This document shows positions 36,920 to 50,395 of a stretch of 64,000 nucleotides of DNA, in pieces (the stretch's first letter is position 1; each line of letters begins with the position of its first letter). Under the pieces are notes generated by a model that was given only the letters and a program-made list of their open reading frames with translations, was not told the origin of the DNA and did not search any database. Both the position numbers and the translations under genes were made by a program. This DNA is from Heterodontus francisci (Eukaryota), in the NCBI RefSeq assembly GCF_036365525.1, contig NC_090408.1, forward strand, positions 33,596,269-33,660,268, given 5' to 3'.

Positions 36920-37135
36920 TCTTTACTTATTCATGGGATGTGGGCGTCGCTGGTAATGCCAGCATTTGTTGCCCATCCCTAATTGCCCTTGACAAATGAG
37001 TGGCTTACTCGGCCATTTCAGAAGGCAAGAGACAACCACATTGCTGTGGGTCTGGACTCGCATGTAGGTCAGACCAGGTAAGGATGGCAGATTTCCTTCC
37101 CTAAAGGACATTAGTGAACCAGATGGGTTTTTATA
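36920..37135 (-). mobile_element. SINE (family B) 3' half
   Basis: gggaaggaaatctgccatccttacctggtctg...gggcaattagggatgggc...cccatgaataa; same family as 39385 and 47510. Confidence 0.8.
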
Positions 37136-37486
37136 AACTTTTCATATTTTCACTTTTGTATATAAAGGAAAAAGTTCACATTATGCAAGAAAGCCTGGGA
37201 GTATGTGTTTACTGATAAGCTCAGGAGAGGGGCTAAATCCACAATGCAAAACACCACCAAGGTTCAAAGAATAGACAAGATAAACTAATTCAGGATATTG
37301 CATTTAGGTGACTCCTAGCCTAGGCTTTAAAAGTCTGAACAATGAGTTGTCAGATGGATTAATACTGCTGCCCCTGTAGAAATGCCATTTGTGCTTAATC
37401 CCGAGATCGTGTGTTTGTAGACATTGCTGCATTAAACCTTTTTTTGAAATGGAGAGTTGAAATCATATGAAGAGGGTCAGCAATAC

Positions 37487-37655
37487 CTCATATCCTACTG
37501 CACCTGGTTCCAGAGCTCTGCTAATACAGCAGTCCAACACTGGAGTTCGGGGGGAGTTGGATGTGGCGATACTTTCCAATTTGTTGAACATTTCAGACTC
37601 TGTGCCCCCACTCCAAACCCTCTGCTTCACAACCCTCCACTTCGCACCATTAGAC
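37487..37655 (-). CDS. POLG: POLG exon ~20 ...[39 protein letters not shown]...
   Basis: tacag|gtctaa ... tatgag|gtattg; 169 nt. Confidence 0.96.
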
Positions 37656-39010
37656 CTGTACAGTCCAAGTTAAAGAAAATGCTTTAAAATTGTTCAATGA
37701 TTCTAATTGAATATAGCACAACAATGAGTAGAGATAGAGAAATAAAGGAGCGAGGCTTATAACCTGCTTTTGGGAGGCTTTGGTTGAACGGTACAATTTT
37801 ATTTTATCAGATTTCTCCTCGCAACCTGAAAGGTGCTGGGTTGTAATGGGATGCAATTCCAATTCCTCACTGCATCACTGTTCACATGAGGCCAGACAGG
37901 CTTTTCAACTGCAGGAGCATCACAGCTGAATCTAATCACATCTTCAACGTACGTATGCACTCTCATTGTCCAACAGGAGGTATTGATCGGCAGTGGGCAT
38001 CCTGGCTGACTTCCCCAACTGCTCCTCAGCCCAAAGGCACCAAGCTAATTGCCTGAGATCAGCCAAATCAGCACGGACCAGAAATTGGCTTCTGGTCTGT
38101 CATCTATGGATATTTACTCTATGATATCTGTCCAGCCAGAATTAACTTTGACCCTTGTGTCTCTTCACTAACTGTTGTGAGGAGTGTCCTGGGATAATTT
38201 CTCACAGCTTCCTTTTTTTCCCCTCCATGCACAAATCAATTTGTCTGCTCAGTGCCAATTCACACTGACACAGATGAAGCTCACTGAGCAGTTGGACAGG
38301 GAAACATACAAATTTCCATTCCAACATTCTGTGACGCTGCTTGTTGATCAGGGTTCTGACGTGCTCAGCCACTTTAGCCTTCAATATCTACAGAACGCTA
38401 CCCAGAGGCAAAGGCCAACTTTAGAATTCTACAACAGCATCCAGAGACTCAAACAGAAGGTGTTTGGATTTACCTTAGCACATCTAAATAGCTTAGTTTC
38501 CTCAGGTATAATTTCCTCTTTTTTTCCTGTTTTATAATCTGATATTTTTGTTCACGTTCGCTAGAGCATATTCCTCAATGCAGGCAAACTAAATGCACAC
38601 ACATTTAGGCAGATCAGTATTTCTATACAGTACTAAATTCTTGTATAGAGCCCACTCCAATCCATGATGGTGGGGATATGCAATTCCCCTAGCCGGTGAG
38701 CTATTGCTTTCGAGCACCGGTTCAGTGCTTGTATTTTACTACCAATTTCAATTGCTATCGTGAAGCTAGGATTATTCTGCCTCCTGACAGCGTTCCATTG
38801 CTGGAGAGCAAGAAAAGGAGGGAGCTGAATCCCAAGAAAGTTAATACCCTACAGTCAAACTGCTGGTTGAAATCCACAGAGGAAGAACTGGTAGGCAGGA
38901 AATGGAAATCCTGGACTGCATTAGGAGAGCTGCTGACATAGATAGATGCATTTATACTTAGAATTTCTTTAGCTTGGTATATATTTACCAATTTCCAAAA
39001 GCACACTGAC

Positions 39011-39133
39011 CTTTTTGCTGCCTCTCTCTGGATTCTCCGTGCATCCGCGGTAGAGACTGTTCCATTTTCTGCCCTCTCCACAGAGATGCTCAGCTCCTTT
39101 GCCAGCCACTCCCCATCTTCCGAGAGCACACAC
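39011..39133 (-). CDS. POLG: POLG exon ~19 CVLSEDGEWLAKELSISVERAENG...IQREAAK
   Basis: aacag|gtgtgt ... aaaag|gtcagt; 123 nt. Confidence 0.93.
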
Positions 39134-39384
39134 CTGTTTCGAACCAAAATGGCATATGAAGTTCACTTCATTTTAGTCTCTTCAGTTTCTGCTCTTTTAG
39201 TATTAGTGTAATGAAATGAGACCATAAAGAACTTTTAGGCCATTAGGCTTAACGAGCTTGCCTCCTCCTCATTTTAGCTGTTATTTTATCATCCGTTTAT
39301 TGTACTGGAGAAAAATTTCAATATACCTTTATTTGCTGTTTATGAGCTAGTGTCCTGGCCAATGTTTGTCTTTAAATCAACAGA

Positions 39385-39757
39385 GAGGTGGTAATCCAGA
39401 GGCCAGGCTAATTCCTGGGGAACACTGGTTCACATCTCACCATAGCAGCTGGTGGAATTTAAATTTAATTAATAAATTCAGTTAATTCATAAAAATCTTG
39501 ACTTGCAAGCTAGTCTCAGTAATAGTACTAAGAAACTATCATCGATTGTCGTAAAAACCCATCTCCTTTATGGAAGGAAATCTGCTGTCCTTACCTGGTC
39601 TGGCCTATATATAACTCCAGACCCACAGCAATATGGTTGACTCTTTAACTATCCTCTGAAATGGCCAAACAATCCATTCAGTTAAAGGGCAATTAGGGAT
39701 GGACGACAAATGCTGACCTTGCCAGTGATGTCCACATCCCATGAAAGAATAAAAAAA
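39385..39757 (+). mobile_element. SINE family B nested within a DeuSINE remnant (~39345-39925)
   Basis: tRNA-like head (gtaatccagagg...ggttcacatctcacc) and LINE-derived tail ending cccatgaaagaataaaaaaa; Deu/L2-type tail continues 39760-39925. Confidence 0.75.
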
Positions 39758-40573
39758 GCTTATTATTTGGTCATTACCACATTGCTGTTTGTAATGTGTG
39801 TAGATTAGCTGCTGTGTTTCCTACATTACAACTGTGACTACACTTCAAAAATACTTAAATGGCTGTAAAGTGGTTTGGGATGTCCTGAGGTTGTGAAAGA
39901 TGCTACATAAATGCAAGTCTTTTTTCTTGCTCAGAGATCAGTTCCTCCAGCCCTCCTTAAAACTAGAAATACATCGAATAATCTCTTGAAATCATTTATT
40001 TTGTCCACTTCACTCATTGTACATCAGGATTTGTATCTCAAGTCAGGACAAGCTGCTGACACTCATGCTTTAAACTCACACAGGGAAATATTTGGCACTT
40101 AAGGAATAATAACTCAGCAACAACCACTGGCTTCTGGAGATATAAGAAAAAGAGGAGGCACAAATGGACACAGTATGCCTGAAAAGTAATTTAATTCAAT
40201 GTGGATTCATCTCCCTCAATTGTTCACATACTGAGTTTTTTTTTTCCCCTCACGGTCCCATCTGCTCCACCCCAGGCAGACAGGACAAAAGTCTTCTCAG
40301 ATCACAGTCAAGCAAGAGAAACAGGCGTGTCTGCACCACAAAATCACACTTAAAATTAGCACGAATATGTGAGGTGACTCAGAGTGTGAGAAATGGAAAA
40401 AAATCAAGTGACACAATGGTACCCCACCCAAGAGTTGCTTGGTCTTGTCACTGGATATCCCAGCCTCATGCTCTCTGGCACTGTCAAAAGGCTGAACAAG
40501 TTTCATTGTAATCAGGTTATTTGTCAATAAGAATGAATTGGACTAAATGGCGTAGAGAGAGAGAGGCAGCTCA

Positions 40574-40849
<276 letters not shown>

Positions 40850-43043
40850 TCATTTATAGCCAAAGATAAAAGAGTCAACAAACCGAATGTTTGCTAATTG
40901 CATTAGACTCAGAAACAGAGAGCGTAAATTAATTTTTGAGGAATCCACTGAAAAGAAGTATCCTTATTATCCTGGCACACCAGGGCATACAGAAGAGTGT
41001 CTATTGACACCATTGTGGCTGCCAATGAGTTGAAGGCTGGGAGGGGCTTAAGGCAACACGCAAACAAAAAAGCAAACCAAGTCTATTTAGCAGCAAATAG
41101 AGTCTATTTAAACAATGCATTACAGCAAACAGTCGACAGAGACTTTTTTATATAGAATTCTACAAAATTCAGCAAAGAAAATCTATGGCTGAAATTTCAG
41201 CAACTTTTCCCAATAAAAGAACAATGATTGCTCCAGCAAAATGCAGTGAGTGGAGGACAGTTGCAAATTATATGTGTAAAATCAATCCCAGTCACTTAAA
41301 GTGTGATTGACTCTCCATTCTAGCCAGGAATAGTAATGTCACTATATACAGCCTACATAGATAGCTCATTGTTCTGGTTAAACACCAGGGAGCCTCCACA
41401 AGTAATTCAAGATTGATTGTCGTACATACATGCATTCTGCCCTGTTATATATTCCTGTAAATAGGTCACCTTCCTGCTTTACTCTGTCAATGACATAAGG
41501 CTATGTAGAAAAAGGCATCTAAATGAAAGGTGATTAATATACATTGTATTCCCAAAAACTAAATGCTAAGTAATTTATTAACATGTCACAGTACTCAGAA
41601 AAGCATGTCACAATAGCCACACTGGCATGTCTCTGCTCCTGAGCACTTGGGAGGAAGTGTTTGACAGCTTTCCATTTTGGCTGTAAACAAAGGAAGAACA
41701 CTGACGGTCACAGCAAAACAGATTTTTCAAACAATGCTGCAAGGTAGGCAGGGTCAGCGAAGGCTGTGACCAAGTTGTTACAAATACTGGAGGAAAGTTA
41801 GAAGTCTTCTTGTTTAGGTCAAATAAGAGAGTGTTTTCTTTATTTTGCTTCATGTAATGTTGTGCTGATTGAATGAGTCCAATTAAAACTACTGTATATA
41901 TACCTCACTGAAATAAACCGCCTTATCGATTTGTATTTGATCCTACACAACCAAGTGTTTGGTCAATTTTTCTTTTGTTGAGTTCTGTCTGATGATGCTC
42001 CTGTGAAGTGTCTTCCAACATCAAAGGAACTATATAAATGCAAGTTGTTGGTTGCTTTCGGAGAGATTGAATAAGCATGTGGGCGGAGATACAAATATCC
42101 AGCTCTAATCAGAAGGTGAGTATTGTTACAATCCTGTTATTGTACAGCAGTGTGAGTCAACTACTACAAATGGAACATGTACGTAACGCTTACAGGAGTG
42201 ACTAATGCAATTGAACCCAAAAAGGTATCATGCCTGACCCAAATTTGTAACACACAAAGGAGATGTAGAGGAAGCCTCTAAAAAGCTGCTTCTACTCACC
42301 AATGTGACATCAGGCACCCTATGAGCTTTCTAAATAAGACTGTCAATTTAGTGCCAAATTGAAAGCAGTACTGTGCTGTAAGCCCATACCACTAGTAACT
42401 GAGACTGCCCAAATTAATTCATGAAAACCCTTATAATTATCATTTTGTTTCAACAGTTTCAGTTGGATTCACACAGTAATCCCAATGTAAAAAAAGAGTT
42501 CAACAACTTTCATTGATATAACACCTTAAAAATAGGAAAACTTACCAAGACGCTTCTCAGAAGCATAATCGGATCAAAATAAACACAGCCAAAAAAAAAA
42601 AGACATTTGGAAAGCTGACTAATAGCTTTGTCAAAAAGCTGGGTTTTAAGGAGGGTCTTAAAAGAGAAGTCAGTGAGGTTCAGGAGGGAATTCCAGAGCA
42701 TTGGGTTCAGAATGCTGAAGGCACCTGTACCAGTGGTGGGGCAAAGCAAGGGGGGGGATGCATAAAAGGTCAGGGACCCACCATCCACTTCCCATCAAGC
42801 ACTACTGCTTCACCTACCTACTTAATATAAAGTAGAAAGATCCAAATGGCTCATCATGACGTCAGTCAGGCTGAAAGGCCATGTATTTGTGAAATTTGTG
42901 CATCATAAAAATCAATGGGGATCGCTTCCTCAATATGCAAATTGTGTAAATATGATCAACACTTGAACCTTACAACATAGTCCATTTTTGGGATTTGTTT
43001 CCATGAGTCTGCTACACCTCAATTCTCAGTGTGACCAGCTTAC

Positions 43044-43179
43044 CATGTATTCTAGCAAAATGGGCTTCCCCAAGGATGGCAGCAATCCACAGCTCCTGCG
43101 AGTCAACATCTGCTCCGACCAGGTGGTACCCAGGAGGTACCTGAACCATCGCTTTTAGTTCACTGCCCACACGATCGGT
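43044..43179 (-). CDS. POLG: POLG exon ~17 [45 protein letters not shown] (motif A)
   Basis: cacag|accgat ... catg|gtaagc; 136 nt. Confidence 0.97.
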
Positions 43180-43559
43180 CTGTGAGGGAGAGAAAGGAAT
43201 GCAATCCTTTTACATACTTCATAGGGTTAATAACAAAATAATGGCTCCAATGATGACACCTTAATGAGTAAATGCATTGCCCTGCATGGTAATGTGCCAA
43301 GCGGACCAAGAAAATTCCATCCTGAATCTGCGGTTGGCTGTAGGATTGCTACAATTAGGCCTGGAGGAGGGAAAAATCAGATGATCTTGCTTCAAACACA
43401 ACCCAGTGACTCTCCTGCACGTCTGCATGTCAAATGTCAGCAAGACTGTGTTTGGCTGTGATGCCAGTGTCCCCTCCCACCCCAAACCCAGCCGTACCCA
43501 CACCCTTGAATAGCCTGTAGACACTTGGGATATTTTTGATTTTATTCTGAAACCTACCT

Positions 43560-44100
43560 CCATGCTCTAGACTTGATCCATCCACAAACTTGAGCTCATC
43601 CAAAACTCTGCTGCCCAGATACTAACCTGCACCAAGTCCCATTCACCCATCACCCTTGTTCACTGACATACACTGACTTCCAGTCCTGCTCAGTTTTAAA
43701 ATTTGCATTCTTGTCTTCAAATCCCTCGAGGGCCTCTGCCCTCCCTATCTCTCTAACCTCCATCAACCCAATGAGATCTCTGTGTTCCTTCAACTCTGGC
43801 CTCTTGTGCATCCCCTATTTTCATCGCTCCACCATAGGTGGCTGTGCTTTCAGCTGCCTAGATGCTAAACTCTGGAATTTCCTCCCTAAATCTCAATGGC
43901 TGTTTCTCCTCCTCTAAGATGCTCCTTAAAACCTACCTCTTTGATCAAGCTTTTACTTGATACTACCAGCTTTACCTGACTTACATGTCCCTGTATCTCC
44001 TTATGTGCCGCAGTATCAAATTTTGCTTGATAATCACTCCAATGAAGCGGCTTGGGGCATTTACAATGTTAAAGGCGCTATATAAATGCAAGATGATGTT
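43560..44100 (+). mobile_element. L2-type LINE 3' fragment
   Basis: ...HRSTIGGCAFSCL..KLWNFLP; ends aaaggcgctatataaatgcaag. Confidence 0.8.
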
Positions 44101-44611
44101 GCGCGGTAGCAAAAAATGAACAATTGTAAATCGGCAGCACTGCATCTCTCCCATTTGTTATTTCCACTGAAGTGAATGGAAATGAAAATTGGGAGAAATG
44201 TAAAGCTGGTTGCTGATCGCTCTCATCCATTTTACACTATCACACAACGTCAGTGTTACCCTAAGTGTCCATAGTGTCCAGTTTCACCCTTAAAAATTGG
44301 CTGCTTGGCTCACATACCAGAGGGGGAAATTGTGCCCCGGCAAAAGTTAGTGTTTTCAGGACAGTACAAAAAATTTTTTTTTAATTGATGCATACCTGTT
44401 AATTCTGAGGCTGTTACACAATTAAGGGCGTCCAATAATGCCCAGTTGTAAGAGTACAGTTTGACCTACTCAGGAGCAGCAGCAAAACACTGGCACCTGA
44501 TATCTTTAACAAACTAGGAACTTTGCCCCAGTTTACAGTATCTTGCAATATTCAACATGCTTTGATTCTTTGAAGTTTTTTGGGGGGTGGAGGGAGGATG
44601 CTCATGAACAG

Positions 44612-44920
44612 GGGGACCAGGTAGCTCAGCCAGCTAGATAGCTGGCGTGTGGTTCAGAACGACATCAACGCCGCGGGTTCAATTCCTGTTCTGGTCTGCG
44701 GAAGGCAAAGGAAAACCACCTCATATACTCTCTTCCCTAGTCACGCTCATCTCTCCTGGGTGGGCAGACCACCACCACGGCACAGCTCGTGAACAAGGAA
44801 TATTCGTACTGATTGATGTAGAATATTCCCATTTCAGGCATTTATCATCAGCATTAAGCAAACCCAGGACAGGTACAGCACAGGTTTGATACAGAGTAAA
44901 GTTCCCTCTATACGGTCTCA
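44612..44920 (+). mobile_element. tRNA-derived SINE-like element
   Basis: ggtagctcagccagctag (A box) and gggttcaattcc (B box); tail similar to old repeats near 3010-3130 and 46670-46780. Confidence 0.5.
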
Positions 44921-45022
44921 TCAAGCCATTTCCTTTAGATGACAACAGTGAGGAATGGTTGGCTAATAACTGTTTGAAGGAAAAAGTCCACATTCCTAAT
45001 ATTCTCTGTTAGCATCACGTAC

Positions 45023-45140
45023 CCGTGCATTGCTGGCAGTTAGCCAGGTCGGCTCAACTGCCCGTCGAGTCACTGTGCCAGCAGTAATCACCTGTGGTAA
45101 AATGGCTCCATAATTGTTCTCTTCATCATAGGAAGGATGC
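45023..45140 (-). CDS. POLG: POLG exon ~16 [39 protein letters not shown]
   Basis: tacag|gcatcc ... gcacgg|gtacgt; 118 nt. Confidence 0.97.
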
Positions 45141-45524
45141 CTGTAATTGTGAAAGTGAAGCATTTAACAGGACATGGTCAATATTCTAAGGATGTTCATT
45201 AGCTGTAAAGAGTCACTATAGGGATCATTGTACAGAGCACTACTCCTGTCCAAGAGTGTCCATTTCCTGGTATGTTCTAGTTCAGGCAAGTTTCCCGGCC
45301 AACTTTCTTTCTCTCGCTATGAGGAGGAGCCTTGGCTCAGTGCCAATATCCTATACCCCAGATGGAAAGTTTGCACTCGTATGTGCAAATGTCAGGTGGA
45401 GACAAATCCGGGCTCAACTGTGATGCACTCCCGGATAAAACAGCCGATCGACACTCAATCTGTTGGTTCACAAATGAAGAACATGGTGTCCACTTGAGTA
45501 ACCAGACCCCAGCAACGAGGCAAT

Positions 45525-46098
45525 GGCCGGAATTTTACAGTGGGCAGACGGGAACCGGTCTCCGACGTAAATGTCGGCGCCGAACCCGCTTCCGTCCAGC
45601 CTGGGGATCCATCCCGTATTTTACGGATCCCCAGGCTTTAATAGGCCCGAGGTGGGACTTCCACCCACTTGAGGGAGGAGGTCCTGCCTCAGTGAGCTGC
45701 CGGGAGCGGTGGCCATTGCTGAGACTGCAGCCCAGCCGACCGAGGAGGATACCAAGGAGCCGGGACTGAAGGTAAGTTTGGGTTGCCTCACCAGGGGAAT
45801 CGGTTGTGCCCTGGTGAGGCTAGGGTGGTCCTTTGGGGGGGGGGGTTTGGGGTGGGAGGGGGGGGGGGGTGTCTTGGATCCCAGGGTTCGGTTGGGAGGC
45901 AGGGGCAGCCCTCAATTGGGCACCCCGTTAAGTGACCACTTAAGGGTCTTGATTGGCCTCGGGCGCGCGGGCTGCTTCTCCCCCCCCGCCCCACCTCCAT
46001 AAACTTGGTCGGAGGCGGAATCGGGGCGGTTTGGCCTCCCGGAGCCTGCCGCCCCCACGCCACCAACTGACCCGCTGGGGCGGCATAAAATTCCGGCC
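45525..46098. mobile_element. Harbinger-type MITE, intact ends
   Basis: Perfect 13-bp TIR GGCCGGAATTTTA / TAAAATTCCGGCC; AAT 3-bp TSD on both sides. Confidence 0.9.
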
Positions 46099-46174
46099 AA
46101 TGTCTTCAGGAAAGGGAGGGGAGAAATCGACAAGATAAAAAGCCCAACGACTGCTGATAATTTAATATACACAC

Positions 46175-46228
46175 CTTGTAACTGTACGAGGTAGCTCGCT
46201 TTTCTTCAGCATCAGAACCATCTGAGAA
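46175..46228 (-). CDS. POLG: POLG exon ~15 SQMVLMLKKSELPRTVTR
   Basis: tacag|ttctca ... acaag|gtgtgt; 54 nt. Confidence 0.92.
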
Positions 46229-47171
46229 CTGTAGAAGGAAGCAAACTGGCGTTACTGCATTACACAGTTTATTTAACAGCCTTCCGCTGTTAACATGTTT
46301 ATTGGGACTGATCACATTGTTGTTAATATTGCCTGCAATCCAGGTCCGGATGCTCAACATATGGTCTAATTAGATCTGCACTAAGAACACCGCATCTGAG
46401 GCTGTGTAGTAAGCAAGTTCATACAGGTCTGTGTGAGGGTAGGAATTCACTGTGCCCTGCCATCAGGGGGAGTGCTTACTGACAATGGAATGGACTTTTT
46501 CTTCTGACAGTCTCAGATAGGACAGACAAGTTACTCTCTGGAGCTCGGTTCTTTGCACACATGCATTCACAGCAGAAAATTATACCAAATTCAGGACCAA
46601 ATATTCATATTGGTTGCAGAACCTGCAGAATGGCCAGTATGCAAAATGAAAACATAAACAGTGACATAGGTGCAGTGGAGGTGCTTTTTTCAGAAGCTGG
46701 GATGGAGGTACATTGTTGATGCAGAGTAGATGGAGCTTCACTCTGCATCTAAACGTGTTTTTAGCTGACCATGGAGTGATTATTCCATTTTTAGGCAACT
46801 ACTGTTGGCATCACTCTGAGAGGGTAGGCTAGGTTACAGCTTTACCGTGAATCCAACCTGTGCTGCATCCGATCTGACCCGCTGGATGCTGACAGAGAAT
46901 GCAGTGTTCTGTTTCCAAGCACTGATAGCACTCATTTCGATGAGCATGAACAATTCAAACCAGAGACCATTTGCAGGAAATTGGATGTGGCCAGGGTTGT
47001 TCACAATCAAACTTGCTCTGGACTCTTAAACTCAGCTTCCTACATGTGATAAACACAGCATCACCTTCCCTCCAGACAGACAGCCTGCACTGTGCGCACA
47101 TCCCTGTATTGGAATAGACTGCAGGCAATGAATATACCAGGGTTAAAATGAGAAAGGGGATCACCCATCAC

Positions 47172-47332
47172 CTGATTCTTTTCTGGGCGTTCCTCCAGAA
47201 TGAGATCATCTTGTTGATTTCCAGTGCTCTGGCTGCACTTGTTGCATTGGTGCTCGCCTGCAGCGTGCCATCTTCCATCTTCGAAAGGAAATCCTTCGCA
47301 AAGGGGCTCCCGACGTTGTTCTGGTTTCCGTC
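47172..47332 (-). CDS. POLG: POLG exon ~14 [26 protein letters not shown]...[19 protein letters not shown]
   Basis: ttcag|gacgga ... atcag|gtgatg; 161 nt. Confidence 0.97.
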
Positions 47333-47509
47333 CTGAAGTACATAAAGGAAGGAAACACACATTCAGCTTTAGTTTCTCCACAGAATCACCTATTTCTTTC
47401 CCAATACTGAGAAAATGTTAAAATGTGTAGCTAAAGTTTCACAGGTTTGATTCCATGAGATCATGGAAAATCATCATTGCAGAAAAGTAAGGCAGCTTTT
47501 TCAACATAT

Positions 47510-47770
47510 GGGGGTGTGATAGCATACTGGTTGCTTTACTGGACTAGTAATCTGGAAGCCTGGATTAATAATCTGGAGACACAATTTCAACTCCTACCAC
47601 GGCAGCTGGGGAATTTAAATTCAATTAAATAAATATAGAATAAAAAGATAGCATCAGTAATGGTAACCATGAAACTACTGGATTGTTATTAAAAACCCAA
47701 ATGATTCACTTAATGTCCTTTAGGGAAGGAAATCTGTCGCCCTCACTGGGTCTGCTCTATATGTGACTCC
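47510..47770 (+). mobile_element. SINE family B 5' part, abutting a Penelope-like unit (47771-47882)
   Basis: actggactagtaatctggaagcc head, gggaaggaaatctgtc core; then gaaaggtcatcgacctgaaacgttaactc. Confidence 0.7.
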
Positions 47771-48147
47771 GGTTGAAAGGTCATCGACCTGAAACGTTAA
47801 CTCTTTCTCTGTCCACAGAAGCTGCCAGACCTGTTGAGCATTTCTGTTTTTATTTCAGATTTCCAGCAGTATTTTGCTTTTATATTATTGCTGTTGTTGA
47901 TATCCTTCATAGTTGTATTGCCTTTTGATACTTATGGACAGACATAACGGATGGGCAGTTGCATTAGGTATTAAAGGGTGTCTGGACGTGTGGAATGGTA
48001 AGCCAGCCAGAGACATCACCCTCAAGGGACAAGGGGAGAAAATTGGGAAAAAGCAATGTCGGTGCTATCAGTTCGTCCCATAGCCAAGCAGCGTTAAGAG
48101 GCAAAAACCACAGCAAATAATCAGAGCAGAATGGGAAAGTAACAAAC

Positions 48148-48273
48148 CTTGTGTGGAAGTTTGAAAAACCAACAGCCAGGCACGTTGACATCATAGTATG
48201 GACCGTTTCCATGATGATAAGAATGGCAGCTCTCCTCAAGAAATGGTTGTGGCTGTGCCTCCCCATTTTGATT
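48148..48273 (-). CDS. POLG: POLG exon ~13 ...[25 protein letters not shown]
   Basis: tttag|aatcaa ... cacaag|gtttgt; 126 nt. Confidence 0.95.
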
Positions 48274-48798
48274 CTAAAAAAAAAAAAATGACATTCTGCA
48301 TCACTGGAAATTATGTCAACAGATCTAGTGGAATAAATCAGTAACCATGGCAATTTACAACACAGGGAAATACCTCAAGCACTAGGTGACTTTTTAGCCG
48401 CAGTGCTTTTTTTTGGCTTTACTCACTACAAAGAGGTGCCACGAATCTGTTGGGGTTATCATGATATCTTAATAGAAGCACCACTACAATCTTAAAAACC
48501 TGTTAGAAATCAAAATGAGGCAGTCGTGATAGAACAGATGAATGAACACAGATCATTGTGAGGCTTGCATGATCCTGCCACTCTCACTGCAAATGGACTG
48601 TAAGTACATGCACAATTTGAGAGAAAGAATCTTTTACACCACCCGAGAGGTTAGATGAGGCCTTTGTCTCAATTCAACGGGCGAGATAGTGCCAGATTGC
48701 TGACTTGCTCACCCATTCTAAACACCTCTCAGAATGTGAAGAGAAATAGAGGAAAATACCACAACATTTTTAAAAAGGAGAAACAAACTCGGCTTCAC

Positions 48799-48885
48799 CT
48801 GTTCAGAATTTTTCTTTCTGCTCCCATTACCAAACCCTTGGAAATCAGCTTCATGGTCGGTCTCCAAATGGCTCAGCTCTTCCAC
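48799..48885 (-). CDS. POLG: POLG exon ~12 VEELSHLETDHEADFQGFGNGSRKKNSEQ
   Basis: ccag|gtggaa ... gaacag|gtgaag; 87 nt. Confidence 0.85.
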
Positions 48886-49109
48886 CTGGTGGCAATGGAT
48901 AAATTTGTCACAAATAATACCAGGGATTCTGCTGCTTACATCCTATTACAATGTCAATTTGCTGTTTTACTTTCTCCCCCTGGAAGCACTCACTCCTACT
49001 GGAGCACAGTCCTACCAGCATCATTCTCCCTTTGGTACCTTGTTCCAAGTTGCTAGTCTTCAGCTTTGAGCCCAGACAGTAAATGTCGGTGAGTTTTTTG
49101 ACCATGTGG

Positions 49110-49550
49110 GTCATCATAGCTGAGGCAGGTTTATCCATCACTCCTGTGCTCACTGACCTACAAGGGTTCCTGGTCTGGCAATGCCTTAACTTTAAAATTC
49201 TCATTCCTTTTTTCCCCAAATCCCTCTAGAGATAGGGAGGGGCGAGGCTGTAATCTCTTCCAGCCCTACAATGCTCAATTCACACACTCCTCCAATTCTG
49301 GCCTCTTGCACAGACCCAATTTTAATTGCTCCAACATTGGTGGCCATGTCTTCATGCCTAGGCATTAAACTTTGGAATTCTCTCCCTTAATATCTCGACC
49401 TCTCCCTCCCCCTTTAAGAGGCTCCTTAAAACTCTACCTCTGTGACCAAGCTTTTGGTCACCTATCTTCATATCTGCTTATGTGGTTCAGTGTCAAATTT
49501 TGTTAATGCTCCTTGGTAGTGCCTTGAAATATTTAAATGTGCTGTATACG
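49110..49550 (+). mobile_element. L2-type LINE 3' fragment
   Basis: catcactcctgtgctcactgacctaca...ccaagcttttggtcacct. Confidence 0.75.
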
Positions 49551-49610
49551 TGCACTAACCGGATAACTAGCTAACCATCAGGAGTCAGAGCCCAAGTTGA
49601 TTTGTTCTGT

Positions 49611-49745
49611 AGAAGTTCGGACAAAAGGTCTTCAGCCTGAAATGTTAACTCATCTCTCGTCACAGATGCTGCCTGGCCTGCTGAGTATTTCCAGCATTCT
49701 CGGTTTTGATTTCAGATTTCCAGCATCTGCAGTATGTTGCTTTTG
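49611..49745 (+). repeat. Penelope-like unit with degenerate hammerhead motif
   Basis: agtt-cggacaa-aag-gtcttcag-cct-gaaa-tgtt-aact followed by the family tail. Confidence 0.65.
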
Positions 49746-50280
49746 AATTTCTGATTTCTTCTACCCTGAGCCCAGGGGAACTGAAGTTTATTACAAAGTA
49801 CTTATTGTTGCTCTAACTGAGATCAACTCAAGAGCATGGAATAGTGATTAAACCTGGGCTTTTTAAACTTGTGATTTAAAGTTTCAGTTTTGTGTAGAAA
49901 ATATGGAACAGTTTATTATGATATTCCCGAAATGGTCTTGGGCTTTTAATTTTTTTTTGCCTATCCTAGGAAACTACATAGGAGCAGGAGTATGCCATTC
50001 AGCCCCATTCAATTAATCATGCTTGATTTATACCTCAACTCCATTTACTCATCTTAGCTCCATGTCCCTGGATACCCTTACCTTAGAATAGCACCTGGTG
50101 CGGGGGGGGGGTGCTCATTGGGAGTCTTGACCTGATGAACCAGGCATCACTACAGCAAGGGACAGGCCAGATGGTCTTTTCCGGTCTGACCTTTTCATAT
50201 ATTCATATTGTATGGCACAGAAAGGAAGGTTACATTATAGATCGCAACCAACTTCATTTGATTTTTTTTTTCACTCTCAC

Positions 50281-50395
50281 CATTTCCCACATACTATTCT
50301 CTGTCAGCACGAACTCATGACTGACTGATGTCTCCGTCTGTTCATTTTCTCGCTCTTTCTTTTTACAATGTTCTCTGTGCAACATTTCGATGATT
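50281..50395 (-). CDS. POLG: POLG exon ~11 IIEMLHREHCKKKERE...TENSMWEM
   Basis: ggcag|aatcat ... gaaatg|gtgaga; 115 nt; phase consistent. Confidence 0.88.
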
